Below are positions 26,040 to 37,614 of a stretch of 64,000 nucleotides of DNA, one piece after another. The translations under genes were made by a program, and so were the position numbers. The DNA is taken from the NCBI RefSeq assembly GCF_006345805.1, contig NC_042998.1, positions 28,582,001 through 28,646,000 of the forward strand, read 5' to 3'. The notes beneath the pieces are model-generated. The model worked only from the letters and a program-made list of their open reading frames with translations. It searched no databases and was not told where the DNA came from. The stretch is from Octopus sinensis (Eukaryota). The stretch's first letter is position 1. Each line of letters starts with the position of its first letter.

Positions 26040-26485
26040 AAATAGAAGTGAGATAATCAAGATGAACCAAATAGTTTCCCTAGGGACATAGGATTAATAC
26101 TACTTAGTATTGGAGAACATTATAAAAAGAAGAATTTAATTCTAAGTTTGCAATGAAGTTTTTTAATCATCTATGAGTGTTAAACTAAAACAAGTATGGC
26201 ATATTAGTTCCTATTTGATTAAATATATTTTGTAAAGATATCTTAGACTAATTATATATTATGAAATGGAAGTGAGATAATCAAGGTGAACCGAATAGTT
26301 TCCTTAGGGACATAGGATTCATACTATTTGCGATTCATACTATTTAGGATTCCAACTATTTAGATTCATGCAATTTAATTTAAGAAAAAAGAATTCAATT
26401 TTAAGTTTGCAGTGAGGTTTTTTTTTAGTCATCTGTGAATGTTAAATTGAAAGCCAGTATGGTATATTCATTCTTATTTGGTTAT
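26040..26485. repeat. Diverged tandem duplication of ~200 bp in the PLE 3' region
   Basis: GAAGTGAGATAATCAAG(A/G)TGAACC...GGGACATAGGATT recurs at ~26045 and ~26269. Confidence 0.8.
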
Positions 26486-26528
26486 AAAGAATTAAAATTT
26501 GAAAAATATAGGAATATTCACAAAATTA

Positions 26529-27136
26529 TTATTCAAAGTATTTAAACGTTCGGGTCGTACGATGTATACAAGATACTCCCAGCTCCAAACGGTTATTCAA
26601 CAGATTTTTATTACTCTGATGTTTCAGAATTTCATAAGATTCCATAGAACAAAGTTGACAACCACCCCTACTATTTTTATAAGGTTGCGCTCTTCTTACT
26701 ATATCCCATTTTAGGTTGAATTCTATATTATTTGTTTTTAGTTCCCAAATTTTGATAGATAATATTGTGCAACCTGCCTTATGTTTGAGCCTAACAGGAA
26801 AAATGATTGTTTAGACGTATTTTTAAAATCTACCGAACAACCGAAATAAAGAAAGTTATTGTTTGAAGTTATTATCGTGCATTTATAAATCACGTTTTGG
26901 ACCGAACAACGGCCAGATACAGGATATTTTGATCTAATCCTACAATTACAACTGCGGGGATAGTGTCTGGTACTAGAATTATTTAAGGACAGTTCACTTT
27001 CATTACTGTTATTTAAATTATTGTTAGTATTAGTATTATTTTCACTATTAGTAATTACGTTGTTATGCGAACTAGGGTTACTAGTTATTAATCCATCCTC
27101 ATTAATAAGGCAAATAAGAGGATATACAATCGACAA
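26529..27136 (-). pseudogene. PLE GIY-YIG endonuclease domain (frameshifted)
   Basis: RSCNCRIRSKYPVSGRCSVQNVIYKC...LYFGCSVDFK, then after shifts RLNNHFSC...KIWELKTNNIEFNLKWDIVRRAQPY...CQLCSMESYEI...LLNNRLELGVSCIH, the typical PLE linker plus GIY-YIG layout. Confidence 0.88.
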
Positions 27137-27330
27137 ACATCAGCCAGTAAACATTGATATTATATCTATTTATTAAATGATTACGAACATATGTGTGTGA
27201 GTGATACAAATTAACGAATGAAATAAGTCGATAACTGCATAAACTGCATATTTGTAATCTATTTAATAAATAGATATAATTGAATATTTACTGGCTGATG
27301 TGTGTCGATTGTATATCCTCTCCATTTTCT
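27115..27330. repeat. Hairpin with ~65-bp arms; whole unit recurs inverted at ~29040-29250
   Basis: GGATATACAATCGAC(A)AACATCAGCCAGTAAACATT... vs ...AATATTTACTGGCTGATGTGTGTCGATTGTATATCC. Confidence 0.9.
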
Positions 27331-28098
27331 TACTTGCCATATATATATAGACCAACTGTTGTGATGATGTGCATAGGGTTTGTAAGGTCTCTGCATCCTC
27401 ATTATCATCACCTACTCTTCTAAATTACCCCTGTTCATATTATAAAATCACCTTCTACTAAACCTACGAATATCTTCCTTCTTTGATTTTTCCTCTTCCA
27501 TCTTTCTTAGTATATATTTTGACCCCTAATATGTTCACTTGATTAATAAGGCTTTTTCCCCCCAGTTAATAAGTACTATGCCTACTCATCATAAGTGATA
27601 GTCTTTTTCTCCAAATTGGATAAATTTTAAATTTATATTTTTTCCTTTATTCTAACGTGTCAAAGTACTCGGAACTTATAGAGCAACTATTGTGATGATG
27701 TGCATAGGGTTTGTAAGGTCTCTGCATTCTCTGTGAATGTTATTGTGACCACTTGACATTTACCTAGTTCTCCTAACGCCGAATCTGTTCATCAAATAGT
27801 AGTAATTGGCATTTAGTTGTGACAATCCTGTTTTCTACATAAATTCCTTTATATTGAGCTCTGACTTCCCCTTTACCCCATTTCTATAAATAGAAAATCT
27901 TTATTGTCTCCTTTCATTTGTTCTTCCCTCTCAGAACCTTACAGTAGTCTGGAACAACTGAATCTTAGTCAGTCAGTTGATGGGCTCCTCTACCTCAAAT
28001 GTTCTTAAAATTTAAATCCACATCTTTGTCTATATATCTACCTTCTCTATAATGTTGCCACTTGATATGAAAATTTTTGTATTAATGGAAGACCTCTA

Positions 28099-28191
28099 TA
28101 ATTGGCTGATGAGCGCTTAGTATTTTAAAATGTTGTAATACTTACAACATTAAAATAAATTGATGTAGCACGAAACGATCGTACCAAATTA
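28099..28191 (+). ncRNA. Type I hammerhead in right pLTR arm
   Basis: TAATTGG-CTGATGA-GCGCT...(long internal hairpin)...AGCAC-GAAA-CGATCG-TA-CCAAATTA; one C-A mismatch in stem II. Confidence 0.82.
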
Positions 28192-28215
28192 CCGGAGTCA
28201 TTCTTGCTTATTTTG

Positions 28216-28264
<49 letters not shown>

Positions 28265-28873
28265 ATATTATATATATATATATACATCTTCGAAACGCGG
28301 AGTAGATGAAACAGGGACAACTGCTGAAGTGGAATGTTCTTTATGTTGATTGTCTCGTTTCTCTGTTTTTATTTTCGTTATCCGAAGAAAGTTCGCTTTC
28401 TATGTTTTTGTTTTTATGTTTTCTTTTCTCATTGTATTCAACGTTTTTTTATGTCCTTTACCCATATATGCATGTATATATACATATATATGTAGGTATG
28501 TACATATTCTTTATGTATATATGCATATATATATAATATATATATATATAATATATATATATATATACATATATATATACATACATACATACATACATAT
28601 ATATATATATAAATAATCATGTCAAAGGGAAATGGAATTTAATTAAAATTAAAACATTCAATCAAAATTTACATTTCCAGTGGTCTAACGTGCAAAAAAA
28701 TTAGTCAAGAAGACTATATATTAGTCATACGATATAGTGTATATTTAAACACATAAGGAATCCACTAATAGGGAATTTAGCACGCTAGAAAGAACAGCTA
28801 GGTTCTGTAAACCACAAAAATAACGGATAAAATTCGACAGGAAAAAAATTTGGAAATGAAAAACATTTACCAT

Positions 28874-28960
28874 CTAGTCCCTGGACCAATTGGTTTCTGA
28901 TCATCTTTTAGCGAGTCAAGGAGAACTTACAAGGTCTTATTTTCTTCAGCAAGGTCCAAC
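28874..28960 (-). ncRNA. Hammerhead motif with degenerate stem II (same family as 21861)
   Basis: Minus GGACCTTG-CTGAAGA-...-GAAA-CCAATTGG-TC-CAGGG; downstream flank homologous to that of the 21861 copy. Confidence 0.62.
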
Positions 28961-28984
28961 CTAGGGTTAAACATATCCTGAATT

Positions 28985-29027
<43 letters not shown>

Positions 29028-29039
29028 ATATATGGCAAG

Positions 29040-29270
29040 TAAGAAAATGGAGAGAATATACAATCGACACACATCAGCCAGTAAACATTCAATTATATCT
29101 ATTTATTAAATAGATTACAAATATGCAGTTTATGCAGTTATCGACTTATTTCATTTGTTAATTTGTATCACTCATACACATATGTTCGTAATCATTTAAT
29201 AAATAGATATAATTGAATGTTTACTGGCTGATGTTTGTCGATTGTATATCCTCTCCATGTTCTTAATTGC
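29040..29270. repeat. Inverted copy of the 27100-27340 hairpin unit
   Basis: Reverse complement of 27100-27340 by eye. Confidence 0.88.
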
Positions 29271-30339
29271 CTTATAAATCCTGGGTAAATTTCTAATTTA
29301 CCCTCATCCATACTTAATACCCAATTACGATATTGCTATACAATAGTAAAGTACACATCCAGCTGTATATTGGATATTTAATGTCCCTTAGACGGTTTCT
29401 TAACCTCAAACTCATACAAATATATATCGTCATATTATATCCCTTCAGCAACATCTTTTAAGCACCAAGCGTCGAAGTGCTTCCCTTGAACAAGTTTGCA
29501 TACATGAGGCTAATAACATCATAAAACTCCTTAAGCAACACTCCTTGTCTGATAATCTCAATTACATACCGAAAGACGTCGCACGGCTCTACCGCAACGT
29601 ATCATCAGATGAAAGGATGAACATATATGAGCAGAAGACTATAGTGTTTTGTTTCGCGGGTCTTTTTTTTCTCTTCTAGGTTATTTTGCTTGCTTTCAAT
29701 GAATGGGACATCGAAATCACTTGCAAACGGCTCCTGTTTCCAGAAAAAGAAAGACTTAGCTGCTATTTCTAACATACCTTGCTACCACGTAACAGCTATT
29801 TGCGTTCACATCGAAATATTTACCAACTTTTTTTCCTTCCATTTATTTTTTGCTCTTTATGGAAGTCAATATTTTCTCTGTTGACATCCACCTCAGCGAG
29901 TTCACGGATCAAGCAGAAACACATCAATCACTGTTCCCTCTTGACAGGACAAAGAAATTTCCCGCTGTCTTTGCAAGCAACAAGCAGGTAGATTCGGTTT
30001 CAAATCTAGGCAGGGCCAAACGAGGACCTATAACTTATTTATAATAAGTAGCATTATATCGGAGTAGAAAGAAAGATGGGTTTGAAGTATTGGGTTTGAA
30101 GTATTTTTCTAAGTGAAGGGCCAAAGAATTTGTTTTGAAAATAGAGGGATAATTAATATAGATCTTCAAGCACAAATTACATATTTAAAAAATGTGAGAA
30201 CTTCACAGAATCTTTAGTTGCATAAATTATTCAACGACGTAAAACCTTACATCTTGTGCTGATGAGAAATTCTACAGACAACAACAGGAAAGTAACATCG
30301 AAAATTTTGCGTGACTACTAGAATTCAGTTCCATATTTA

Positions 30340-30602
30340 AGAGATGAGGAATTATATACATTATTTACATTTGACGGATATTTGTCCTCATTTTGTTTTT
30401 TGTTAACACAACGTTTCGGCTGATACATCCTCCAGCCTTCTTCAGGTGCCTTGGGGAAATTTCGAACCTGGGTTCTCATTCCCAAGGTATTTTTCGATGC
30501 TATCATTATTATTATTATTATTATTCAGGTCACTGCCTGGAATCGAACTCGGAATCTTGAGGTTAGTAGCTCGCGCTCTTAACCATTACGCAATATATGC
30601 CC
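30340..30602 (-). mobile_element. tRNA-like head + (AAT)n + hammerhead-bearing tail (candidate ribozyme SINE)
   Basis: Head 30526-30602 with GCGTAATGGTTAAG and GAGTTCGATTCC boxes; second copy at 62030-62304. Confidence 0.72.
30406..30449 (-). ncRNA. Minimal type I hammerhead, core intact
   Basis: Minus GCAC-CTGAAGA-A-GGCTGG/AGGATGTA/TCAGCC-GAAACGTT-GTGT. Confidence 0.75.
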
Positions 30603-30685
30603 GTGGGCAATTATGGAGTGAATAATAATAATAATAATAAAAATAATAATAATAATAACAATAATAATAATAATAATAATAATAA

Positions 30686-30716
<31 letters not shown>

Positions 30717-30717
30717 A

Positions 30718-30865
30718 AAATCGAAAAATATCTTAGGAATGAGAACCCAGGTTCGAAATTTCCCCAAAACACCTGATGAAAGCTGGAGGGTATATCAGCC
30801 GAAACGATGTGTTAACAACAAAGAAGATGAAGACAAATATCCGCCAAATGTAAATAAGGTAAATA
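30718..30865 (+). repeat. Inverted headless copy of the hammerhead tail (degenerate HHR 30769-30812)
   Basis: Revcomp of 30355-30500, preceded by (AAT)n(AAG)n; ACAC-CTGATGA-A-AGCTGG...TCAGCC-GAAACGAT-GTGT. Confidence 0.82.
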
Positions 30866-30899
30866 ATGCAAATAATAAACTACTATGATTGTTGAGAAA

Positions 30900-32100
30900 G
30901 TTTGCTCTTCTCACTGACGTGCATCGTATGGAGTGGAATAGAATCCTGGAAGAATATCACAATTTTCTGTTAGTGTTAAATGTTTATATATAATCAGCTG
31001 TTGGCTTCTAATGTTCAGTTTATTATCAACAAGAGCCCTTTCTTGGATTTGTCCAATTAAAACGTAAGGATGCTTTTCCCCATCAATTTGTAGAAATGAA
31101 ATACCATTATAAAACTCTCCATCAGAATGCTATGACAATATTGCAGTTGTGGCGGGTTATAAAAGTCGTGTTCGACAGAGGATTAATTAAAAAGTTATTT
31201 TTGTAAACAGCGATAATCATTCTCTCGGTTTGATTGGAATGCTTGCTGCTAACCATTATGTATTGATGGCAAATTTTTGATATCCAGCTTCGTTCTTTTG
31301 CTGTTGAACGCTCCAACACTCCATTGGCAAAATTTGTGAAATCTGAATTTGAAACTCGATTGAATTCCCAAACAGAAACTGCGAAACCAGTTTTCGAAAA
31401 CATTGACCTCAGACTGAAAATTTTCAATCCACAGTTGATTATTTGAATTAAACTGTTAGTACAAGGGATGATAAATCTCTCTATATATAAAGCTGAAGTT
31501 GTCTGTGCGTGTGTGGCAGGTTTGGTAGCCTTCAACTAACACTATCTCCTCCGAGACCCTGCGACGCAAGTTGACTAAAATTGAGAGTATGATAGAAGAA
31601 GGCTTGCTCTTGCTTCCGTAGATGAAATAAATTCAAATCGGACCATGTTAACACCAAAAATTATTTACATTAAAAAGATGCTTTTTTCTATGAAAATCCC
31701 TAGTTTTTACGATTTTTTTTTACTGCTGTGTCGCTATTTTTCGGTGCATTTCAATCAGAAAAATGTTCACTTAAAGAGAATAACAAGCTACATAATGCAA
31801 GATTTTTACTTTTCAAAAATTCCAATTTGAAAGGGTCGAAACAAACCCGAGCAACGCTGTTAGTTCTAAATAAAATCTTGACTTTTAACTCGTTTTTGTA
31901 TGGATTTTGAAATAATTTTTTTTATCGGATGTTCAAAAGCAACTCAAACTTCAATACATATACTTTCGTAATGTTGCTTGCGATCTGAAAACCTTTCAAG
32001 TTTATTTGCTTAAGCTGTTTAAGATCATTAACAAGTGATCACTTGAAACTACGTTGGAACAATTCAAGAAATATGGTATGCAAGTGATGATAATCAATTT
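30900..32100 (+). pseudogene. Decayed hAT transposase interrupted by a Helitron
   Basis: EPFLGFVQLKRKDA, CYDNIAVVAGYKSRVRQRIN*KVIFVNSDNHSLGLIGMLAA and FETRLNSQTETAKPV resemble hAT ExFLGF, YDNAxxMxG...CxxHSLNL and ETRW motifs. Confidence 0.62.
31476..31863 (+). mobile_element. Non-autonomous Helitron (3' hairpin partly deleted)
   Basis: Near-identical to 11470-11861. Confidence 0.78.
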
Positions 32101-32327
32101 AGTCTTTATTAAATGGTGTTTAGAACATAGATTAAGACGAAATGTTTAACGAAAGGTTTGAATTTAGATCATTCTAAATTATGAATTTTGTATCATAGAA
32201 GCCGGGTGATCTTAGACAAATTGCTGTCAAAAGGGTTCAATTTCGAAGTCATCCAATTCCAGTGTGGAAACCAAATGGTTCATGTGTGATTTACAGGAAT
32301 AATAGCAAAGACCAAGTATCTCAATGT

Positions 32328-32705
32328 GTGGAGGCGCAATGGTCCAGTGGTTAGGGCAGCGGACTCGCAGTCATAGGATTGCGGTTTCGATTCCCAGACC
32401 GGGCGTTGTGAGCGAAAACACCTAAAGCTCCACGAGGCTCCGGCAGGGATGGTGGTGATCCCTGCTGTACTCTTTCACCACAACTTTCTCTCACTCTTAC
32501 TTCCTGCTTCTGTTGTACCTGTATTTCAAAGGGCCGGCCTTGTCACTCTCTGTGTCACGCTGAATATCCCCGAGAACTACGCTAAGGGTATACGTGTCTG
32601 TGGAGTGCTCAGCCACTTACACGTTAATTTCACGAGCAGGCTGTTCCGTTGATTCGGATCAACCGGAACCCTCGTCGTCGTAACCGACGGAGTGCTTCCA
32701 CTTCC
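32328..32705 (+). mobile_element. SINE family B with 11-bp TSD
   Basis: ATCTCAATGTG at ~32318-32328 and ~32706-32716. Confidence 0.87.
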
Positions 32706-33009
32706 ATCTCAATGTGGATTCAGTTCGGAAATGGTTTATATTTCTCCGGGCGCAAATAAGAATAACGAGTTTGGGAGCTAAACCCCTTTTCTTTAGATAC
32801 CACGATGCCAAATTTTATCCATTTTCATGAGATGTCACTAATAGATACTTCTAGAATAGATACTTCTAGAACAGTCAAATGCCGATTTACCTGGAAACAA
32901 ACCATTCAGTTATTAATATGAAGTATTGAAATTAATGCATGCAAGATAAGGCGGCGAGCTGGCAGAAACGTAAGCACGCCGTTTGAAATGCTTAGCCGTT
33001 GTTCGTCTG

Positions 33010-35338
33010 TGTGAGTTGGAAGTGTTGGTATTATTACTGAAGTGCGTCTAAATAGTAAATGTAATTTCTGTTGACTGTTTCCGTGTTGTTGTCTGTTTTA
33101 ATTGCTGTATCTGTTAAAATTTGTATAACAGTTTTTGTTTGAAAATTATTGTGTTTTTCTCTGAAAACTATTGTGGTTTCCTCTGTACGGGGAAACACTA
33201 ATTACTAGCAAAATGCCAAAAAGTTTGTTTTCATTTGACGAGTGTTCGACAGATTTAGAGGCCAAAAAAGTGGGGAAAAAATTATTATTGGAAGATGTTT
33301 TGGATTTGTCTGAGAGCGAATTCTTACCACTATCGAGGACTGACGTTGCAGGGAAGAGTGTCGAAGTGAAAAGACTTCAAACGGAGGTGGGTAAACAGAA
33401 AAGAAGTTTTGCATCTGCAGCTGGAGACTGAACTCGCCAACTGTCGACGAAGAAAAACGACGTTTTGATGTGCAAGGACATGATAAAAATTCAAGACGGC
33501 GTTGTCAAGGTTCAAACCCCAGAAGAGCTTTTATTGACAGAAAAAAACCCAGTTATGTTTAAAACATACTGCCGAAAAGAAATAAAAATCGAGCGAGTAA
33601 GCGAGAAGAAAGGAAAAAAATGTCTAAAGCCCACCTGCAGGATATAACATATCTAGCCAGAGGGAAAAAATTCGTTACCATCGAGGTACACCTAAAAACA
33701 TTGAAACTGCACAATTACACTCAGTAAAATCCTTGGAAACAGAAGATGTAATTTTAATACTAATATACATGGGTGTGAAGACATCCAAAATACGAATACC
33801 AAAGGTCCTCCTCAAGTCGACCCTATGTGGTTGATGGCGGCAGTCCTGGTAGAAACAGGCTACCGTTTCAGAAAAGGCAAATTGGACCGGCCACACGGTC
33901 CACCTGTTAATTCAAACAGAACGGGTTGTATTAGAACAGCTTCCAGAAAAAAATAGAAGTTGGGGAGAAGTTCCTCAACGTTTTTGTCGAAGGGCGTAAC
34001 CCCGATGTTTTCAGTGTGGCCAGCTGGGTCATATAAAAAAATACTGTAAGGAAGGCGAGGAGGAATCTGAAGATGAGGAGGAAGAGAAAGAAAAACAAAC
34101 AGAAGAAAAGAAAGCTACTAGCAAAAGAAAAATGGAAAATGAAAACCAAAACAAGTAGAATCACGACCAAAAGAGAAAAAAACAGCAAAAAGAGTCCAGC
34201 CAAAAATAACAAGGAAAGAAGTAGCAGACAGAAGGATTGTGGCACTTCATAGCAAAAATGAGAGAGATAAAAACTAAAAAACCAGTCACCAAGACAGCAG
34301 AACTGTCGGACAAATACAAAAATTATGAACTATATGAAATGGATAAAAAGACTCATAATATTTTATTAAATACTTATAGAAAGCCTGTATCGGTAATGAG
34401 ACAGGATTTTAACCAATCTATTTTCCAAGACTTGTCACCTCCGACCCTGTGTCTAGAAAAGGTGGAGGGTCCCTCTCAACCAGACACCCCAGATTAACAG
34501 GTAAATTATGTTTATTCACATTGGTTGTGTAAATGTTCGTGGCCTGATGTCTAGCTGGAAGCAAGGACGCTTCCTAAATGACATCAGGTCAAGAAAATTG
34601 GATGTGATTTTTGCAACGGAAACCCTGCTAATGTTACAGAGGTGCCTTGCCCGTTTGGGATAAGCTCGCAAGACATGGTAAGCGTCAGTCTCCGACCCTT
34701 CTAAGATGCGGAGGAGATAGAGAAACCGCCCCTCACGCTATTGTCCAGTGTCCGGAGATATCTGAAATGTGGGTTTATGCTGAACACCTGTTGTCCGGCT
34801 AATGAAGTGTATGGCTGTCGACTGAGTCAATTATAAAAATTGACCCACTGGAAGTTTTATCAAACGAAGGTAAGAATTGTTTTCTCACTGTTGTAGCAAT
34901 AGCGAAAAAAGTAGTATGGAAGACTAGGATAAGAGGGATTAAGACAGGCAACTTTATCTCCGGCCACGATTTACGATCATTTTTTACTTTTCATTTGAAA
35001 AGGAAAGTGTGGCAGGAAAAGAGGTGTCTGTCGGAGAGTATGTTCAAAAAGAGATGGAAGCATGTTGGACGAGGTTCTGCGTGCAAGGAACCGTGTTAAT
35101 AGGCTATAAAAGAAAAACAAAAAAGGGTACCAGCATTAGATCGGGGCTTGTGGGGTCGGAGCGTGGTCTGATCATCGCTACATTTGTGTTGTCTCTGTAT
35201 TGTTAATTTCATTTGATTTTTTAATATTTAATATAATTTTTATATTCATATTTTATGTAAAATCATAGCGTATTCCTGATCCCAATCAGTTGTTTTGTCC
35301 ATGTCTGTGCTTGGCCTCCTGTGGGCAATAAAGAAATT
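33010..35338 (+). mobile_element. Internally deleted Tx1/L1-type LINE inside a SINE-A copy
   Basis: ORF1 remnant with CCHC knuckle CFQCGQLGHIKKYC (34006-34047); ORF2 start MFIHIGCVNVRGL...LDVIFATET (APE, from 34508) joined directly to the C-terminal LRCGGDRETAPHAIVQCP domain; RT missing; SINE-A head at 32950-33009 and body from 35339. Confidence 0.85.
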
Positions 35339-35675
35339 GGTATTTCGTCTGCCGCTACGTTCTGAGTTCAAATTCCGCCGAGGTAGACTTTGCCTCTCAT
35401 CCTTTCGGGGTCGATTAAATAAGTACTAGTTACGCACTGGGGTCGATATAATCGACTTAATCCGTTTGTCTGTCCTTGTTTGTCCTCTCTGTGTTTAGCC
35501 CCTTGTGGGTAGTAAAGAAATAGGTATTTCGTCTGCCGTTACGTTCTGAGTTCAAATTCCGCCGAGGTCGACTTTGCCTTTCATCCTTTCGGGATCGATA
35601 AAATAAGTACCAGTGGGTCAATGCAGTCGACTATGCCCCTCCCCCAAATTTCAGGCCATGTGCCTATAATAGAAA
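35339..35675 (+). mobile_element. SINE family A body+tail+body downstream of the LINE
   Basis: GGTATTTCGTCTG at 35339 and 35523. Confidence 0.87.
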
Positions 35676-36198
35676 GGGTTAATGCTTGCAAAATTTCACA
35701 GCTTTAGCATCACTCCTTCACAGCCAGTCTACGAACTTTTCAGCCTACCCTTGTATATACTAAAACGTTTGGCATCAGTATTAGTTACACATTTTCATTA
35801 TAATATAGGGGCTTAGCTAGTAAGGAGCCCGGAAAGTTCACCTTACGTGCTTGTCACGAAACTCCTTCTTACAGTGTGAGAACAATTACTACTAAAATAC
35901 GAATACGAACATGGGTTCACTAGACCTTTGCGAAGGTCAATCAAACATTGTTATTGCTTTTACCGTTAATGTCTGCGCCACCCCCACCAACCTCTCTTTG
36001 CAACTTCTAAAATCAGTCTGATATAAAAAGAAGGTGAACGGGTTCACGGCACTCACGAGTGAAACCGGCCATCTGAGTAATACTTACAAAATACATTCCT
36101 TTACTTTTTTTTTTCAGCATTACTCCATTATTTAAATGTATGCAGTAAGCATATATATATATATATATTATATATATATATAATATATATATATATAT

Positions 36199-36250
<52 letters not shown>

Positions 36251-36402
36251 CGCTCCTTCTCTGGCTCTTTCACAGTTCTTTCACTAACCCAACATCAGCT
36301 GTCTTCCTATCTAATTATATATTTAAATACACCTTCCCTTTTATTTTTGCTCTCCTTCTCCATCTGTCTGCCAATTACTCTCCCAGACTCTCCTCTCCGC
36401 CA

Positions 36403-36439
<37 letters not shown>

Positions 36440-36889
36440 TATTTCTTTCTCTCTCATATAACTATCCTACGCAACAAATCAATAAATCAATCACTCTATC
36501 TATCCATTTACTTATCAAGTTCAGCCTGTCCCTCTATCAATCAATCTGACTCTCTTTGGCAGTTAAAATATTTACTACCTCATCCCGCTTCTTCACGCAG
36601 TTTTATTTCCATTCCATATCGATTCTTTCGCATTTTCCTTTCTTTTCTCCTCTTTCTTATTTCTTCTCTTCTGCCGGAATATTTCCCCTTAAATATCACC
36701 ACTATTAGACCTTAATTCATTTCTCTTTCTTTCACACATTCCTAATTTTCCGCTCTCCACGTCTCCTCTGTTCCTTAGCCTCCCACCACACCTCTTTCTC
36801 ATATGTTCCCATATCTCTTCACCCACTTTCTCTTTCTCTCTCTCTCTCTCCCCCCGCAACATTACTCTTCCATTGCTTAATAATTATTC

Positions 36890-37011
36890 CTTCTTCTTCT
36901 TCTTCTTCTTCTTCTCCTTTTTCGCCTACTTCTTCAACAGCAACAACAACAGTAACTACTACTACTACTACCACCACCACAACTACTACTCTACTACTAC
37001 CACCACCACCG

Positions 37012-37045
<34 letters not shown>

Positions 37046-37113
37046 CACCACCACCGCTACTACTACTACTACCATTACCACTACTACTACTCTACTACTA
37101 CTACCACCACCGC

Positions 37114-37149
<36 letters not shown>

Positions 37150-37190
37150 CGCTACTACTACTACTACTACTACTACTACTGCTACTACAG
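36890..37190. repeat. Mixed trinucleotide microsatellite (CTT, CAA, CTA, CCA)
   Basis: Direct reading. Confidence 0.95.
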
Positions 37191-37570
37191 TCATGGTGAT
37201 GTGTTACGCCAAGCATACGCTCTCTTATTCCCGATAATATTCCCGCAACATGGGTCAAAACATCAGAACTTGTTGGCAAAAGGGTGGAGGAGGGTAGCTT
37301 CACTGCGTCTGTTGCTGCTGCTGTTGCCGCTACCACTGCTGCTGCTGCTTCTTCTACTACAACTACCACCACCACCACCACCACTACTACTACTCCTTTT
37401 ATAGCCATTCATCTTGGTAAATGTAGGGTAAATCTATGTTCCCATTAGGCTAAGTACGTAGTCCTATATTGAATTAATTAGTTCCTGTACTCTGCGGAAT
37501 ATTATCTCATATTTTTCCTATACACCACACGCTGATAAATTCAAGGAATCACTTGATAAACAGTCTGACG

Positions 37571-37614
<44 letters not shown>

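Larger units (their letters stand above)
25086..28220. mobile_element. Penelope-like element fragment with ~815-bp inverted pseudo-LTR arms (25086-25903 / 27413-28220)
   Basis: Arms are high-identity reverse complements by eye; they enclose a GIY-YIG remnant and each ends in a hammerhead. Confidence 0.85.

Noticed and set aside
29534-29586. CTGATAA...GAAAGACGTC hammerhead-like string
   Set aside because: G8 mutated and no stem II
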